64,000 nucleotides of DNA from Mobula hypostoma (lineage: Eukaryota). Each line of letters starts with the position of its first letter. Positions within the stretch are counted from its first letter, which is position 1. A program made the translations under genes and the position numbers. The notes beneath the pieces were generated by a model. The model was not told the origin of the DNA. It saw only the letters and a program-made list of their open reading frames with translations, and ran no database searches. Shown here one piece after another: positions 12,107 through 24,825 of this stretch. Where the stretch lies: contig NC_086097.1 of the NCBI RefSeq assembly GCF_963921235.1, positions 248,002,001 to 248,066,000 on the forward strand, written 5' to 3'.

Positions 12107-12570
12107 ATCCGGAAATGAAAGGGTTACCGTTTGAGGAATGTCTGTCAGCTCTTGGGCTGTATTCCCTGGAGTTCAGGAGAATAAGGGGGGATCTCATAGA
12201 AACATTCCAAATGTTAAGAGGCCTGAACAGGTTAGATACAGTAAAGTTATTTCCCATGGTAGGGGAGTCTAGGACAAGAGGGCATGACTTCAGGATTGAA
12301 AGACGTCCATTTAGAAGAGAGATGCGGAGAAATTACTTTAGTCAGAGGGTGGTAAATCTGTGGAATTTGTTGCCACGAGCAGCTGTGGAAGCCAAGTCAT
12401 TGGGTGTATTTAAGGCAGAGGTAGATAGGTTCTTGATTAGCCGGGGCATCAAAGGGTATGGGGAGAAGGCATGGGAGTGGGGGTGACTGGAAGAATTGGA
12501 TCAGCCCATGATTGAATGGTGGAGCAGACGATGGGCCGAATGGCCTACTTTGCTCCTTTGTCTTATGGAT
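12107..12570 (+). mobile_element. CR1 3' fragment
   Basis: LGLYSLEFRRIRGDLIE...FSQRVVNLWNLLP; tail tcttatgg. Confidence 0.9.
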
Positions 12571-12849
12571 GGGTGAACGAGCATTTTGAAAGTTTATTTG
12601 TAACCGATATACAAATTATCACAATTTTTAAATGGCACATTAAGTGACAGTTAATGTCTTTTGTTTTATACTCTCACTGAGTTGAAAAATCCACGGCAGA
12701 GTGTGCTTTGGAAAGCTACCTTTTAATCAGGATGGTGATAGAGAGTTTTAAACCAGAATTTCATGGCAATTTAGGAAAAAGAGCTTTAACCAGTGACCAA
12801 ATGGCGTTTGGGATTGATTAGCAAGAGCAAATTAAGGAAGGCAGAGGCA

Positions 12850-15240
12850 AACACAGCAGTGATCGTCTGAGTGGACAGAGTGAGAGTGGTGATCTTGAGG
12901 CTTTAGCTCTCCGAGACTTCAGCTCTCCGAGACTTCATCAAAATGAGGCTTCTCTCAGAGAAAGCAAAGAGAAGCTCAAGGTTGTGTTTTTTTCCCTTCC
13001 CTTCTTTATACCTGCTCAGCTAGGACAGTAAAGATGCCAGACAGGATAGCTGAATGCTTCCCTTGCAGGTTGTGGGAAGGCACTACGTCCAGTGTCCCTC
13101 ATGACTACACCTGTAAGAGGTGCATCCAGCTGCAGCCTCTAACAAACCGCGTTAAGGAGTCGAAGCTGGAGCTGGATGAACTCTGGGTCTTTCGGGAGGC
13201 TGAAAGGGTGATAGATAGGACATATTGAGAAGTAGTTACACCCAAGGTGCAGGGCACAGGAAACTGAGTGAGAGTCAGGAAGGGGAAAGGAGTTAAGGAG
13301 TCAGTGCACAGTACCCCTGTGGCCATCCCCCTCAACAATAGATATATCACTTTGGAGCAACACACACAAAATGCTGGAGGAACTCAGCAGGGCAGGCAGC
13401 ATCTATGGAAAAGAGTACAGTCGACGTTTTGGAACCTTTTGAAGGGTTTTGGCCCAAAACGTCGACTGTACTCTTTTCCATAAATGCTGCCTGGCCTGCT
13501 GAGTTCCACCAGCATTTTGTGTGCGTTGCTTGGATTTCCAGCATCTGCTGATTTTCTCCTAATTATATTACTTTGGAGGGGTGACCTAACAGGGGAAAGT
13601 CACAGTGGTCAGGTTTCTGGCACTAAGTCTGTCTTTGCGATTTAGAAGGGAAAGGAAGAGAAGGGGCACACTGTGGTGATAGGTGATTCATTAGTTAGGG
13701 GAATGGGCAGAAGGTTCTGTGGTTATAAAAAAAACACAAGATTCCCGGATGGTATGTTGCCTCCCGGGTGTCAGGATCCATTATTATCTCGGCATTCTTT
13801 AGTGGGAGGGTGAACAGCCAGAGGTTGTGGTCCATGTAGGTTCCAGTGACATGGGTAGAACAAGTGACAAGGTTCCACATAGAGAGTTCAGGGAGTTAGG
13901 TGCTAAGTTAAAGTTAAAGGGCAGTACCTTCAGGGTTTTGATTTCAGGCTTGCTACCCGTGCCACGTGCTACTGAGGCCAGAACTAGGAAGATTATACTA
14001 AGGATTTGGTGTAGGAGGGTGGGCATAAGATTTTTGTATCATTGGGCTCTCTTCCAGGTAAGGTGGGACCTTTCGTAGGGGAAAGGTTTGTTAATGCTGC
14101 ATGGTGGGGTTTAAGGTAGAGTTTCAGGGGGATGGCTGATGATGGCAGAGCAGCAATGGCTGGAATTTCTGGAATCAATTTAGAAGGCACAGGATATATT
14201 AACTCCAAAGAGGAAGAAGTATTCTAAAGGCAAGATGTCGGTGACCAGTGGTGTTCTGCAGGGATCTGTTCTGCGACCCCTCCTCTTTGTAATTTTTATA
14301 AATGAACCTGGAGGAGGAATTAGAAGGGTGGGGTAGTAAGTTTGCTGATGGCTCCAAAGATGAGGGTGGTGTTGATAGTCTGGAGGGTTGTCAGACGTTA
14401 CAGCAGGACATCGATAGGACGCAGAACTGGGCTGAGAAGTGGCAGATGGAGTTCAACACAGATAAGTGTGAAGTGGTTCATTTTGGTAGGCCAAATTGAA
14501 GACCTAATGGTAAGACTCTTGGCAGTGTGGAGGATCAGAGAGATCTTGGGGTCCAGGTCCATAGGACACTCAAAGCTGCTGCACAGGTTGACAGTGTTGT
14601 TAGGAAGGTACATGGTGTGTTGGCCTTCATTAACCATGGGATTAAGTTCAAGAGCCATGAGGTAATGTTACAGCTATATAAGACTTTGGTCAGACCCCAC
14701 TTGGAGTACTGTGCTCAGTTCTGGTCACCTCAGTACAGGAAGGATGTGGATACTATGGAGAGTGCAGAGGAGATTTACAAGGATGTTGCCTGGATTGGGG
14801 AGCATGCCTTATGAGAATAGGTTGTGTGAACTTGGCCTTTTCTCCTTGAAGTGATGGAGGATGAGAGGTAACCTGATAGAGGTGTATAAGATGATGAGAG
14901 GCATTGATTGTGTGGATAGTCAGAGGCTTTTTCCCAGGGCTGAAATGGCTAACATGAGCGGGCATAGTTTTAAGGTGCTTGGAAGCAGGTACAAGGGGGA
15001 TGTCAGAGGTCAGTTTTTCACACACAGTAGTGGATGCATGAAATGCACTGCCAGCAACAGTGGTAGAGACAGATACAATAGCATATTTTAAGAGACTCTT
15101 AGATTGGTATGTGGAGCTTAGAAAAACAGAGGGCTATGCGGTAGGGAGATTCTAGACAGTTTCTAGAGTAGGTTACATGATAAGCACAACATTGTGGGCC
15201 GAAGGGCCTGTAATGTGCTATGTTCTTTGTTCTATATTCT
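12850..15240 (+). mobile_element. Internally deleted CR1 (ORF1 zinc-finger and esterase remnants joined to the RT 3' end)
   Basis: CxxC...CxxC at 13034-13228, VIGDSLVRG, VLISGLLPVPRA, then KFADGSK, RPHLEYCAQFWSP and a CR1 tail; most of APE/RT absent. Confidence 0.8.
13356..13563. mobile_element. Fold-back PLE-derived mini-element with TSD
   Basis: 77-bp inverted arms at 13356-13432 and 13454-13530; 15-bp TSD tatat(c/t)actttggag at 13343-13357 and 13564-13578. Confidence 0.85.
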
Positions 15241-15300
15241 GTGACACACCCGTAGCTAACAAGAGAAATCAAACACGAATTCTCCAGATGCTGGAAATCA

Positions 15301-16960
15301 AAGCCAGCATAACAGCCAAAGAGAGGGCATTCAATAGAGCAAATTTAGTGGGAAGTTAGAGGACTTGAAGGCTTTTAAAACTAGCAGAAGGAAAAGATGA
15401 AATATGAAAGTAAGCTAGCCAGTAATATTAAAGAATATACCAAAGGTTTCTTCAGGTACCTGAAGCGTAAAAGCGAAGCGAGATTGGATATCGGACCACT
15501 GGAAAACTACTGGAGAGATAGTGTTTGGAGACAAGGAAATGGTGGGCAAACTGATTCAAGTATTTTGCATCAGTCTTCACTGTGGAAGATTCTAGCAGTA
15601 TGGTGGAAATTCCAAGCGTCAGGACACAAAGTATGTAAAGTTACCATTACTAGGGAGAAGGTTCTTAGGAAACTGAGAAGTCTGAACATAGATAAGTCAC
15701 CTCGACCAGCTGGTATACACCCCAGAGTTCTGAAAGAGGTGGCTGAAGAGACCGTGGAGGCATTAGTAATGATCTTTCAAGAATCAGTAGATTCTGGAAT
15801 GGTTCTGGAAGACTGGAAAATTGCAGATGTTACTCAGCTCTTCAAGAAGGGAGAGAAACAGAAGAAAGGAAACTTTAGGCCAGTTAGTCTGACCTCTGTG
15901 GTTGGAAAGAGGTTGGAGACAATTACCAAAGATGAGGTCTCAGGGTACTTGGAGGCACGTGATAAAATTAGCCGAGTCAGCATGGTTTCCTCAGAGGAAT
16001 ATCTTTCCTGACAAATCTGTTGGAATTCTTTGAAGAAACAACAAGCAGGACAGACAAAGGAGAATCAGTTGGTGCTGTGTACCAGGATTTTCAGAAGGAC
16101 TTTGACAAAGTGCCACACATAAGGCAATGAGCTCTGAGCCCATAATGTTACAGGAAATATTCTAAAGCAGTAATTGATTGATAGGAGGCAAAGAGTGAGA
16201 TCACAACCTTTTCTGGTTGGCTGCTGGTGATTATTGGTGTTCCAAAGGGGTCTGTCATGGGACAGGATTCTCTTAAGGTTAATTTGCAGGTTGAGTCTGT
16301 GGTGAGGAAGGGAGATGCGATGTTAGCATTCATTTCAAGAGGACTACAATATAAAAGCAAGGATGTAATGTTGAGACTTTATAGAGCACTAGTGAGGCCC
16401 CACTTGGAGTATTGTGAGCAGTTTTGGGCCCTTCATCTCAGAAAGGATGTGCTGAAACTAGAGAGGGTTCAAAGGAAGTTCATGAAAATGATTCCAGGTT
16501 TGAATGGCTTGTCATAGGAAGAACATTTGATGGCTCTGGGCCTGTATTCACTAGAATTCAGAAGAATGAGTGCTGACCTCATTGAAACCTATCAAATAGC
16601 GAAAGACCTTGGCAGAGTGGATGTGGAGAGGATGTCTGCTGTGGTGGTAGAGTCTAAGACCAGAGGACACAGCCTCAGAATAGAGGGGCATCCTTTTGGA
16701 ATGGATATGAGGAGGAAACTCTTTAGCCAGAGAGTGGTGAATCTGTGGAATTCTATGCCACAGGCAGCTGTGAAGGCCAAGTCTTTATGTATATTTAGGG
16801 CAGAGGGTGATAGGTTTTTGATTGGTCAGGGCATGATGGGTGAAGGCAGGAGATTTAGGCTGAGAAAAGAATTGAATCTGCCATAATAAAAATACAGAGC
16901 AGACTTGATGGGCCAAATGGCCTAATTTTGCTACTATATGTTATGGTCTTATGGTCTTAT
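15301..16960 (+). mobile_element. Degraded CR1 ORF2 with 3' tail
   Basis: DKSPRPAGIHPRVLKE, NFRPVSLTS, RPHLEYCEQFW; tail ttatggtcttatggtctta. Confidence 0.9.
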
Positions 16961-17789
16961 TTGCAGCTATGAATAGAGAGAGAGCTGTAGGGAATGCTGA
17001 AAACAAATTTGGAGGGATAAATCTGTAAGAATGTTGTATGTACGGTTTAGGCCATAGATATTGGTCAAGGATTTTACCTGGACTTGAGGACAGGAGTTAT
17101 TGGGAAAGGTTGAATTGGTCATGGGTTCAGGGTGAAAAGCGAAGTGTTTAAGAGGAACACGAGGGGAAACTTCTTCACTTAGACGGTGATGAGAGTATGA
17201 AAAAAGCTGCCAGCGAGAGTAGTGGATATGGGTTTGATTTCAACGTCTGGATAGGTACATGGATGGGAGATGGGAGGTGGCCATTGTTGGAGTGGGCCAC
17301 TGTTAGAGTGGCCCAGCTTTGGCTCAATAGGCTGAGGAAAGAACAGGCTTGGGGAAGCACAGGTGGAGGTTCTAAGTAAGTAAGTAAAGGTTCTACTCAG
17401 TATTTTGTTTTCTCTTAGTGCATGCGTAGCGTGCTGAGAATCTATCTGGAGGTAGTGGTATGTTCATTGTGTGAGATGTGGAACCTTTCTGTTTCTGTGC
17501 TGTAATGCTATGATTCGATATCTGGCTCTTGTTGCTCTCAAGCGCAGAACCAAATTGCTGTTATTGCAATGAATTACGCCCAGCACCATCGCGTTGTTCA
17601 GAGAGAAGTTTTGAAAGCACAACTGAGGAAAGTACTGCAATAAGCAGTCTACTAATGGTTTTCAATTCTTGTTGAACCAGAGATGAGTCATTCCTTGTAC
17701 AATCCCCAGATTCCCTATCAGGAAGCACCTTCACGTCATGGCCCATTCCAAATCTCTCAGGTTTGCTGTGCGTGGCAGAAGTCTCAGCT

Positions 17790-18337
17790 TGACCATTGAT
17801 TGGCGATATCAGGAGTTTCAGGAGATTTCGTATGCCTCCAAAGACTCCCATCAAATTTCTATGGATGTACCATGGACAGCATTCTGGCTGGTTGCATCAT
17901 ATGCTGGCACGGAGGCTCCAATTTGCAGGATCGAATTAAGCTGTAGAAGGTTGTAAACTCAGCCAGCTCCTTCACGGACACAAGCCTCCCCACTATCGAA
18001 GGCATCTTCAAAGGTGATGTCTCAAGAAGACAGTGTCTGTCATTAAGGACCCCCATTACCCAGGACTTGCCCTCTTCTCATTACTACCATCAGAGGGGAG
18101 GTACAGGAGTGTAAAGACACACACTCAACAATTTGGGAACAGCTTTTTCCCCTCCTCCTTCAGAATTCTGAACAGACATTGAATGCTGCGTCACTATTTT
18201 GCTTTCATTTGTACTATTTATTTTTTTTAAATATTTGTTATTGTAACTAATTGTAATCCTTTTTTATGTTCTGCTGCTGTAAAACAACAGATTTCATGAC
18301 ATATGTCAGTTATGATTATTCTGGTTCTGATTTTGAT
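17790..18337 (+). mobile_element. Rex1/Babar-type LINE 3' fragment
   Basis: Remnant ...IKDPHYPGLALFSLLPSEGRYRSVKTHT...NSFFP and tail ctggttctgattttga shared with other copies in the window. Confidence 0.65.
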
Positions 18338-18583
18338 GTCCACATCTTGAGAGTGAACCAAAGAAACTACAAGGACTACTGACCTTGTAGTTGACCATCC
18401 TGAAGAAGGTCTCGGCCCAATACACCGACTGTTTACTCTTTCCCATAGATGCTTCCTGGCATGTTGAGTTCCTCCAGCATTTTGTCTGTATTGCTTTGAT
18501 TTCCAGGATCTGCAGATTTTCTCTTGTTTGTGGAAGGATTATTGAGCATCCTCAGTTTCTTTTTGTCTTCATTGATATTTTAG

Positions 18584-18649
18584 ATCGTGGCTCTTCACCC
18601 ACAGTTCAGCAGATCAAACAGCAAGCAGTTCATCACGGGGTCAAATAAG
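18584..18649 (+). CDS. VPS41: VPS41 exon B (66 nt): IVALHPQFSRSNSKQFITGSNK
   Basis: Acceptor gatattttag, donor gtaagc; matches human IIAVHPHFVRSSCKQFVTGGKK; in frame with exon A. Confidence 0.93.
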
Positions 18650-18713
18650 GTAAGCTTTGAATTTTTCTATATGTGTTAGGAACGACTGAACTACAGAATA
18701 GTACAGGGCAACG

Positions 18714-18945
18714 TGGGCAGTACGGCAGCGTACTGTTTAGTGTAAAGCTATCACAGTGCCAGCGACCTGGGTTCAATTCCCACCGCGGTCTGTATGTTCC
18801 CCCTGTGACTGAATGGGTTTCCTCCAGGTGCCCTGGTTTCCTCCCATATTCCAAAGCTGTATGGTTTAGTAGGTTCTTTGGTCACATGGGTGAAATTGGG
18901 TGGCACAGGCTGGTTGGGCCTGGTATTCTGCTGTATCTCTAAATA
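18714..18945 (+). mobile_element. V-SINE (HE1-like, tRNA-derived)
   Basis: B box gggttcaattcc followed by V-domain-like tgggtttcctccaggtgccctggtttcctcccatattccaaag; related pieces at ~22280-22970, 23500-23620, 48640-49555 (split) and 60010-60180 (minus). Confidence 0.75.
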
Positions 18946-19167
18946 ACTATATAAATAAACGGTATCTTTGTCACGGTGATATGTGACAAAGTTAAAGTGC
19001 AGCATGGTTAACAATATTTGCAGGAGTCAAATGGCTCAAGGTGACAGCTTATTTTAAAAATTCATATCTATTTTGCGACTGTAGTGTCCTTCTCAGAATA
19101 ATTCAAACCACTTTGACGTGAGATTTGATAGAGGTATACAAAATCATAAATGCAAGCAGGCTTTTTC

Positions 19168-19727
19168 CACAGTCTGCAGATACTGGAAGTCCAAAGCAAC
19201 ACACACAGAAGGCTGGAGGAACTGAGCAAGTCAGACAGCATCAGTGGAAAAGAGTAAACAGTTGACGTCTCGGGCTGAGACCCTTCTTCAGATCTGAGAA
19301 GGAATGGGGCAGGTGGGGGGAGGGGAAGGAGGGTAGCTGGAAGGTGACAGGTGAAGCCAGGTGGGTAGGAAAGGTCAAGGGCTGGAGAAGAAAGAATCTG
19401 ATAGGAGAGGAGAGTGGACAACAGGAGAAAGGGAAGGAGGAGGGGAGCCAGGGAGAAGTAACAGGCAGATGAGAAGTGAAAGGTCAGAATGGGGTTTAGA
19501 GGGAGGGGATTTGTTCATGGAAAGGAGAAATCGCTATTCAAATCATCAGATTGGAGACTAGCCAGGTGGAATATAAGGTGTTGCTCCTCCACCCTGAGGG
19601 TGCCTTCATCTTGGTACAAGTGGAGGCCATGGATCTGCACGTTGGAATGGAATTGGGAATCAGAGTTAAAATGTTTGGCCACCTGGAAGTGCCATTTGTG
19701 GTAGATGATGGAGAGGTGCTTGACGAA
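19168..19727 (-). mobile_element. PLE 3' fragment inserted into a CR1 remnant
   Basis: 8-bp TSD gctttttc (19160-19167, 19728-19735); minus strand encodes TLRVEEQHLIFHLASLQSDDLN; hammerhead remnant CTGAAGA...GAGACGTC at ~19259-19296. Confidence 0.8.
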
Positions 19728-22347
19728 GCTTTTTCTGCTGAGGTTGGGCGAAGTTAGAACTGGAGGTCCTGGGTTAAAGATACAAGGTGAACTTCTTCAC
19801 TCAGAGGGTGGTGCGAGTGTGGAACGAGCTGCCTGCAGAAGTGGTAAATGCGGGTTTGATTTCAACATTCAAAAGAAATTTGGATAAGTACGTGGATGGG
19901 AAGGATAATGGAGGGTTACAGTCTGGGTGCAGATTGATGGACTAGGCATAATAACAGCTTGGAACAGGTTGCATAGGTTGGAAAAACCTGTTCTGTGCCT
20001 TAGTGTTCTATGACTCCATGACTTTATAATACCAGAAGTTCATAAGACACAGGAGTAGAATTGGGCCATTCAGCCCATCCAGTGTACTCTAAGATCATGG
20101 CTGACTTCATTATCTCTGACAACCTAATTTCCCTGCCTTTTCCCTGTACTTTTGACACCCTTACTAATCAAGAACCTATCGAACTCCACTTTAAATGTAC
20201 TCAATAACTTGGCCTCCACAGCCATCTATAGCAACGAATTCCGCAGATTTACCACCTTCTAGCTAAAGAAATTCCTCCTCATCTCTGTTCTAACTGGACG
20301 TCCCTCTATTTTAAGGCTGTGCCCTTTGGTCCTACAACCCTCCCCCTACTATAGGAAACATCCTCTCTACATTTTTGTTCATTTTTTTTCTGAAGGGAGG
20401 GGGTATTTTTGCAGGGAGGTTGATGATTGTGCTGCCTTTCTTTTCTTTCTTGGTTTCATGGCTACCCGGAGAAGAAGAATTTCAAGTTGTCTTTGATAAT
20501 AGATGAACCGTTGAACCTTTTGAACTTCCACTCTGTCTAGGTCTTATTATATCTGATATGATTCTCTCCCCCCCCCCCCATTCTTCTAAACTCCTGCAAG
20601 TACAGGCCCAGAGTCATCATTAACCCTTTCATTCCCATTTATAACCAGTGAAATGCTGATAAAGTTTACTCATTATTGTAGGTAATAGAAAATCTACGCC
20701 TGTTTAAGGATTCTAGCACCTTGTCATTCTTTTCAGTCCTATCTGGCGGCAATGCTTAAAGGAAAGGTTCCAGGAGGTCTGCCTCCCTATAGAGAAGGTG
20801 CCTGCCTGTCTGCGTGCGGATGGCACATACTAGATGAATAATCCATACCTCTGCACGTTCCCTTGCTTACTGAGGCTCTTTGTTAGTTTAACTTGTCGCT
20901 CTCTGAGGATGGCCGGTACTGATGCATGGTGTCAGAAGTCCTGCTTGGTAAAGTTGTGAAATCCAGAGACCATGGCTCAATTCCTGACAAATAATGAAAC
21001 CCTTGGATGTACTGGGAGCCGGCAAACTCTGTAATTCAATTCGAACTGCGCACCGTGGAACAAATTAAAATGACCATGAAGTGGGATGTCTGGGTGCATA
21101 ACCTGAATAATGAAAGAAAAAATCCAGCAAAAATTTGACCACTAAGTATTGAAGTGGATATCAAAAATATACAGAACGGGTGCGAACAATGATGCTATTT
21201 TATCCCATTGCCCTCAAGACTTGTACTATAAAACCCTCAAAAGAATCCTCGAAGAATGCAACCATCATTTTATGCAGAGGGTGGTGAATCTGTGGAACTC
21301 ATTGTCACAGTCAGTGTGGAGGCCACGTCTTTACATATATTTGAAGTGGAGGTTGATATATTTGGTAAGCATATTAAAGGTTATAGTGAGAAGACAGGGG
21401 AATGCGATTGAGAGGGATAATAAATCAGCCACGATGGAATGGCAGAGCAGACTAAAATGGGCCAAGTAGCCGGATAGCTCCTATTTCTTATGGCTTACTT
21501 AATTTAATTTTTGATACATATTCTTATTGTAATTTGTAGTTTTTTAAATATATTGCGCTCTAATGCTGCTGCAAAACAACAACATACATTCCCTTTCACT
21601 TACCTTCATATCGTCTTCAAACCTGGCACAAAGTCATTGACTCCCTTATCCAAATCATTGACATACAAAGTAAAAAGAAGCAGTCCCCATACCAGAACGC
21701 CATTATTCAGTGGCAATCAAGCAGATTAGACCCCCTTTATTCCGACTCTTTGCCTCCTGCCAATCAGCCAATTTTCTATCCAAGCTAGTACCTTTCCCAT
21801 AAGACCAGGGGCTCTTATCTTGTTAAGCAGCCTCATGTGTGGCACCTTGTCAAAAGCCTTCTGAAAATCCAAGTACACGAAATCCACTGACTCTCCTTTG
21901 TCTATCCTGTTATTTCTCAAAGAAATTCCTTCCGGTGTAAGGTGAAGCTGGTGAGACACAGTGATGCTTTAGTGGCAACAAACAAATCTGCCAATACTCT
22001 GTTAATCACAGTTTTTCTCTGGCCAACAAACACTGCGATCAGTAGCCTGTAACTTCCCTTTCGGAGGAGTCCTTTTGAAGTGCCTGTACAACTTGGCATT
22101 TTTACGGTGTTCTGGGAGAGTCTGTGAGCTGGAGCCTCAGAGGCGCAGTATGGTTGTGGCACGGCGGGTACGGACTGCATCAATGCAGTGGGAACCGAGC
22201 CCGAGAGCGAGGAACGAGCTGATGTTTGGCCATCACTGGAGTGGACGTGGGGCTGAATCGTAGCAGCACGGTCTGGGTCCCACAGTCCAAAGACGTATCA
22301 GATAGGTTAATTGGTCATTGTAGATTGTCCCATGATTGTCCCATGAT

Positions 22348-22895
22348 TTGGAGTATTGTGTACAGTTCTGGTCACCGATTATAGGAAAGATGTCAACAAA
22401 ATTGAGAGAGTACAGAGAAGATTTACTAGAATGTCACCTGGATTTCAGCACCTAAGTTACAGAGAAAGACTGAACAAGTTGGGTCTTTATTCTTTGGAGC
22501 ATAGACGGTTGAGGGGGGACTTAATAGAGGTATTTAAAATTATGAGGGGGATAGATAGAGCTGACGTGGATAGGCTTTTTCCATTGAGAGTAGGGGAGAT
22601 TCAAACAAGAGGACATGAGTTGAGAGTTAAAGGGCAAAAGTTTAGGGGTAACATGAGGGGGAACTTCTTTACTCAGAGAGTGGTAGCTGTGTGGAACGAG
22701 CTTCCAGCAGAAGTGGTTGAGGCAGGTTCGATGTTGTCATTTAAAGTTAAATTGGATAGCTATATGGACAGGAAAGGAATGGAGAGTTAAGGGCTGAGTG
22801 CAGGTCGGTGGGACTAGGTGAGAGTAAGCATTCGGCACGGACTAGAAGGGCTGAGATGGCCTGTTTCAGTGCTGTAATAGTCATATGGTTATATG
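22348..22895 (+). mobile_element. Young CR1 3' fragment inserted in a V-SINE
   Basis: IERVQRRFTRM...FFTQRVVAVWNELP; the SINE sequence tgtcccatgatt|aggttaggg is split by the insertion. Confidence 0.88.
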
Positions 22896-24021
22896 GATTA
22901 GGTTAGGGTTAATTGGGGTTGTTGGGTACAAAGGGCTGGAAGGGCCCACTCCATACTGTACCGCTAAATAAATAACTGGAACACCCAAGCTCTGCGTTGA
23001 ACCTGGGTCTCCGGTGCTGTGAGGCAGCAACTCTGTTATCATCTGATTCTGGTCTTACTTCCCACCGTCGCCCATGGGTTCGATCGGCCTCATCTCTCAT
23101 TTTCCTGTTCTTCTCAGTGAGCTCTCGACAGCCAATAATTGGCTTGATTTTCTACTTGTGAATCAATTAACACATTTCCATCAGTGGCGATGTTGCCTTT
23201 AAGATTTGTATTTGAGTACTTATGGTGACTAATAGTATTGAAGGGATAATTAGTGAGTACCCGGAATGAACTGCCAGAAGAACTGGGTGAGTTGAGTACG
23301 ATTGCAGCATTTACGGTCCGTTTGGATGGCAGGTTCTTAGAGTGCTACGAGCACAAATAGAGAGGTTGCTGTGGGTCAGAATGGACCAGTTGGGCTGAAG
23401 GGCCTGTTTCTGTGTTTATATAACTCTATGACTCTCTCACCACATTTAACAAAGCCTAAATACAAGAGATTCTACAAATGCTGGCAATCCAGAATGCTGG
23501 AGTGGGTTTCCTCCGAGTGCACCAGTATCCAACTGCACTCCAAGACATACGGGTTAGTAGGTGAATTGGGCAACATGGGCATTATGGGCAGAAGGGCCTC
23601 TTACTGTGATGTATCTGTAAGTAAAAAAACGAACCAGAGTCTACACAGGGAGCAATCCAGGGCATTGTTATGGCTTATACATTAGCAAGTTCAAGTCCAA
23701 GTCAAGTTTATTGTCATGTATGCTGCCAAGTGAGACAATGTTTCTCCGGACCAGGGTGTCAAACACAGTAGTACACGCAACACACAATAACTTAGAAAAG
23801 AAAGAATTAAATCTACAAATAAATTACACATACAGTAGATAAACCAAGTAAAGTGCATAAGTTAAGTTTCAGACTTCCCTAATTTTGAAAAGTTTAATTT
23901 AGTAAAGGATAACTCACAATATAATAAATTAAGAAGATTGTAGCTGGACTTGTGATATTTGCAGTAATTTCCAATCTTTTCTCACTTCCTCTCCCTTCTG
24001 TTTCCACACGTTTGTGGCTAG

Positions 24022-24141
24022 TTGCTGCTGTACGAACGGAACTGGCTGAACCGGTGGAAGATGACGGTGTTGCACGAAGGAGAAGGCACCATCACGAATG
24101 TGAAATGGAGAGGCAGCCTCATTGCATGGTCGAACAGTGCG
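24022..24141 (+). CDS. VPS41: VPS41 exon C (120 nt): LLLYERNWLNRWKMTVLHEGEGTITNVKWRGSLIAWSNSA
   Basis: Acceptor tttgtggctag after a pyrimidine tract, donor gtaagg; matches human LLLFERSWMNRWKSAVLHEGEGNIRSVKWRGHLIAWANNM. Confidence 0.96.
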
Positions 24142-24254
24142 GTAAGGAATCTGCTGCTTTCCAACAATGCGCAGACATTTAAGGAATTATTAATAAAGAG
24201 GAAGAGGGCAAGTAAACTGGAGGTGTAAATCTGATTTCTCTCGCTTTGTTCTTT

Positions 24255-24825
24255 TGTGCGTATCATCCGCAAACTTAGTCACAAAACCATCAATTCCATC
24301 ATCCAAATTATTGGAATGTAACATAAAAAGAATTGGTCCCAACACAGACCCTTGTCTCCGGCAGCCAACCAGAAAAGACTCCCTTTATTCCCACTCTTTG
24401 CCTCCTGCCAATCAGGATAGAATCTTTCCTGTAATATCATGGGCTGTTAACTTGTTAAGCAGCCTCATGTGCCGCATCTTGTCAAAGGCCTTCTGAAAAA
24501 CAAAGTACACAACATCAACCGATTCACCTTTGCCTATCCTGCTTGTTATTTCCTCAAAGAATTCCAACAGATTTGTCAGGCAAATTTTCTCTTAATGAAA
24601 CCAAGCTGACTACAGCCTATTTTATCATGTACCTCCAAGTACCTCAAAACCATATCCCTAACAATCGACTCCAACATCTTTCCAATAGCTGAGGTCAGAC
24701 TAACTGGCCTATAGTTTCCTTTATTTTGCCTCTCTCCCTTCTTGAAGAATGGAGTGACATTTGCAATTTTCCAGTCCTCTGGAAGCATGGAAGAATCTAT
24801 TGATTCTTGAAAGATTATTGCGAAG
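24255..24825 (-). mobile_element. CR1 RT internal fragment
   Basis: EDWKIANVTPFFKKG...NYRPVSLTS on the minus strand. Confidence 0.85.

Noticed and set aside
12905..12936. 16-bp tandem duplication agctctccgagacttc x2
   Set aside because: A simple slippage event within a CR1 5' region, with no further structure.
24142..24228. ORF extensions beyond VPS41 exons C and G (also 54281-54316 and 54447-54481)
   Set aside because: Homology stops exactly at canonical splice sites, so the extensions are intronic read-through.
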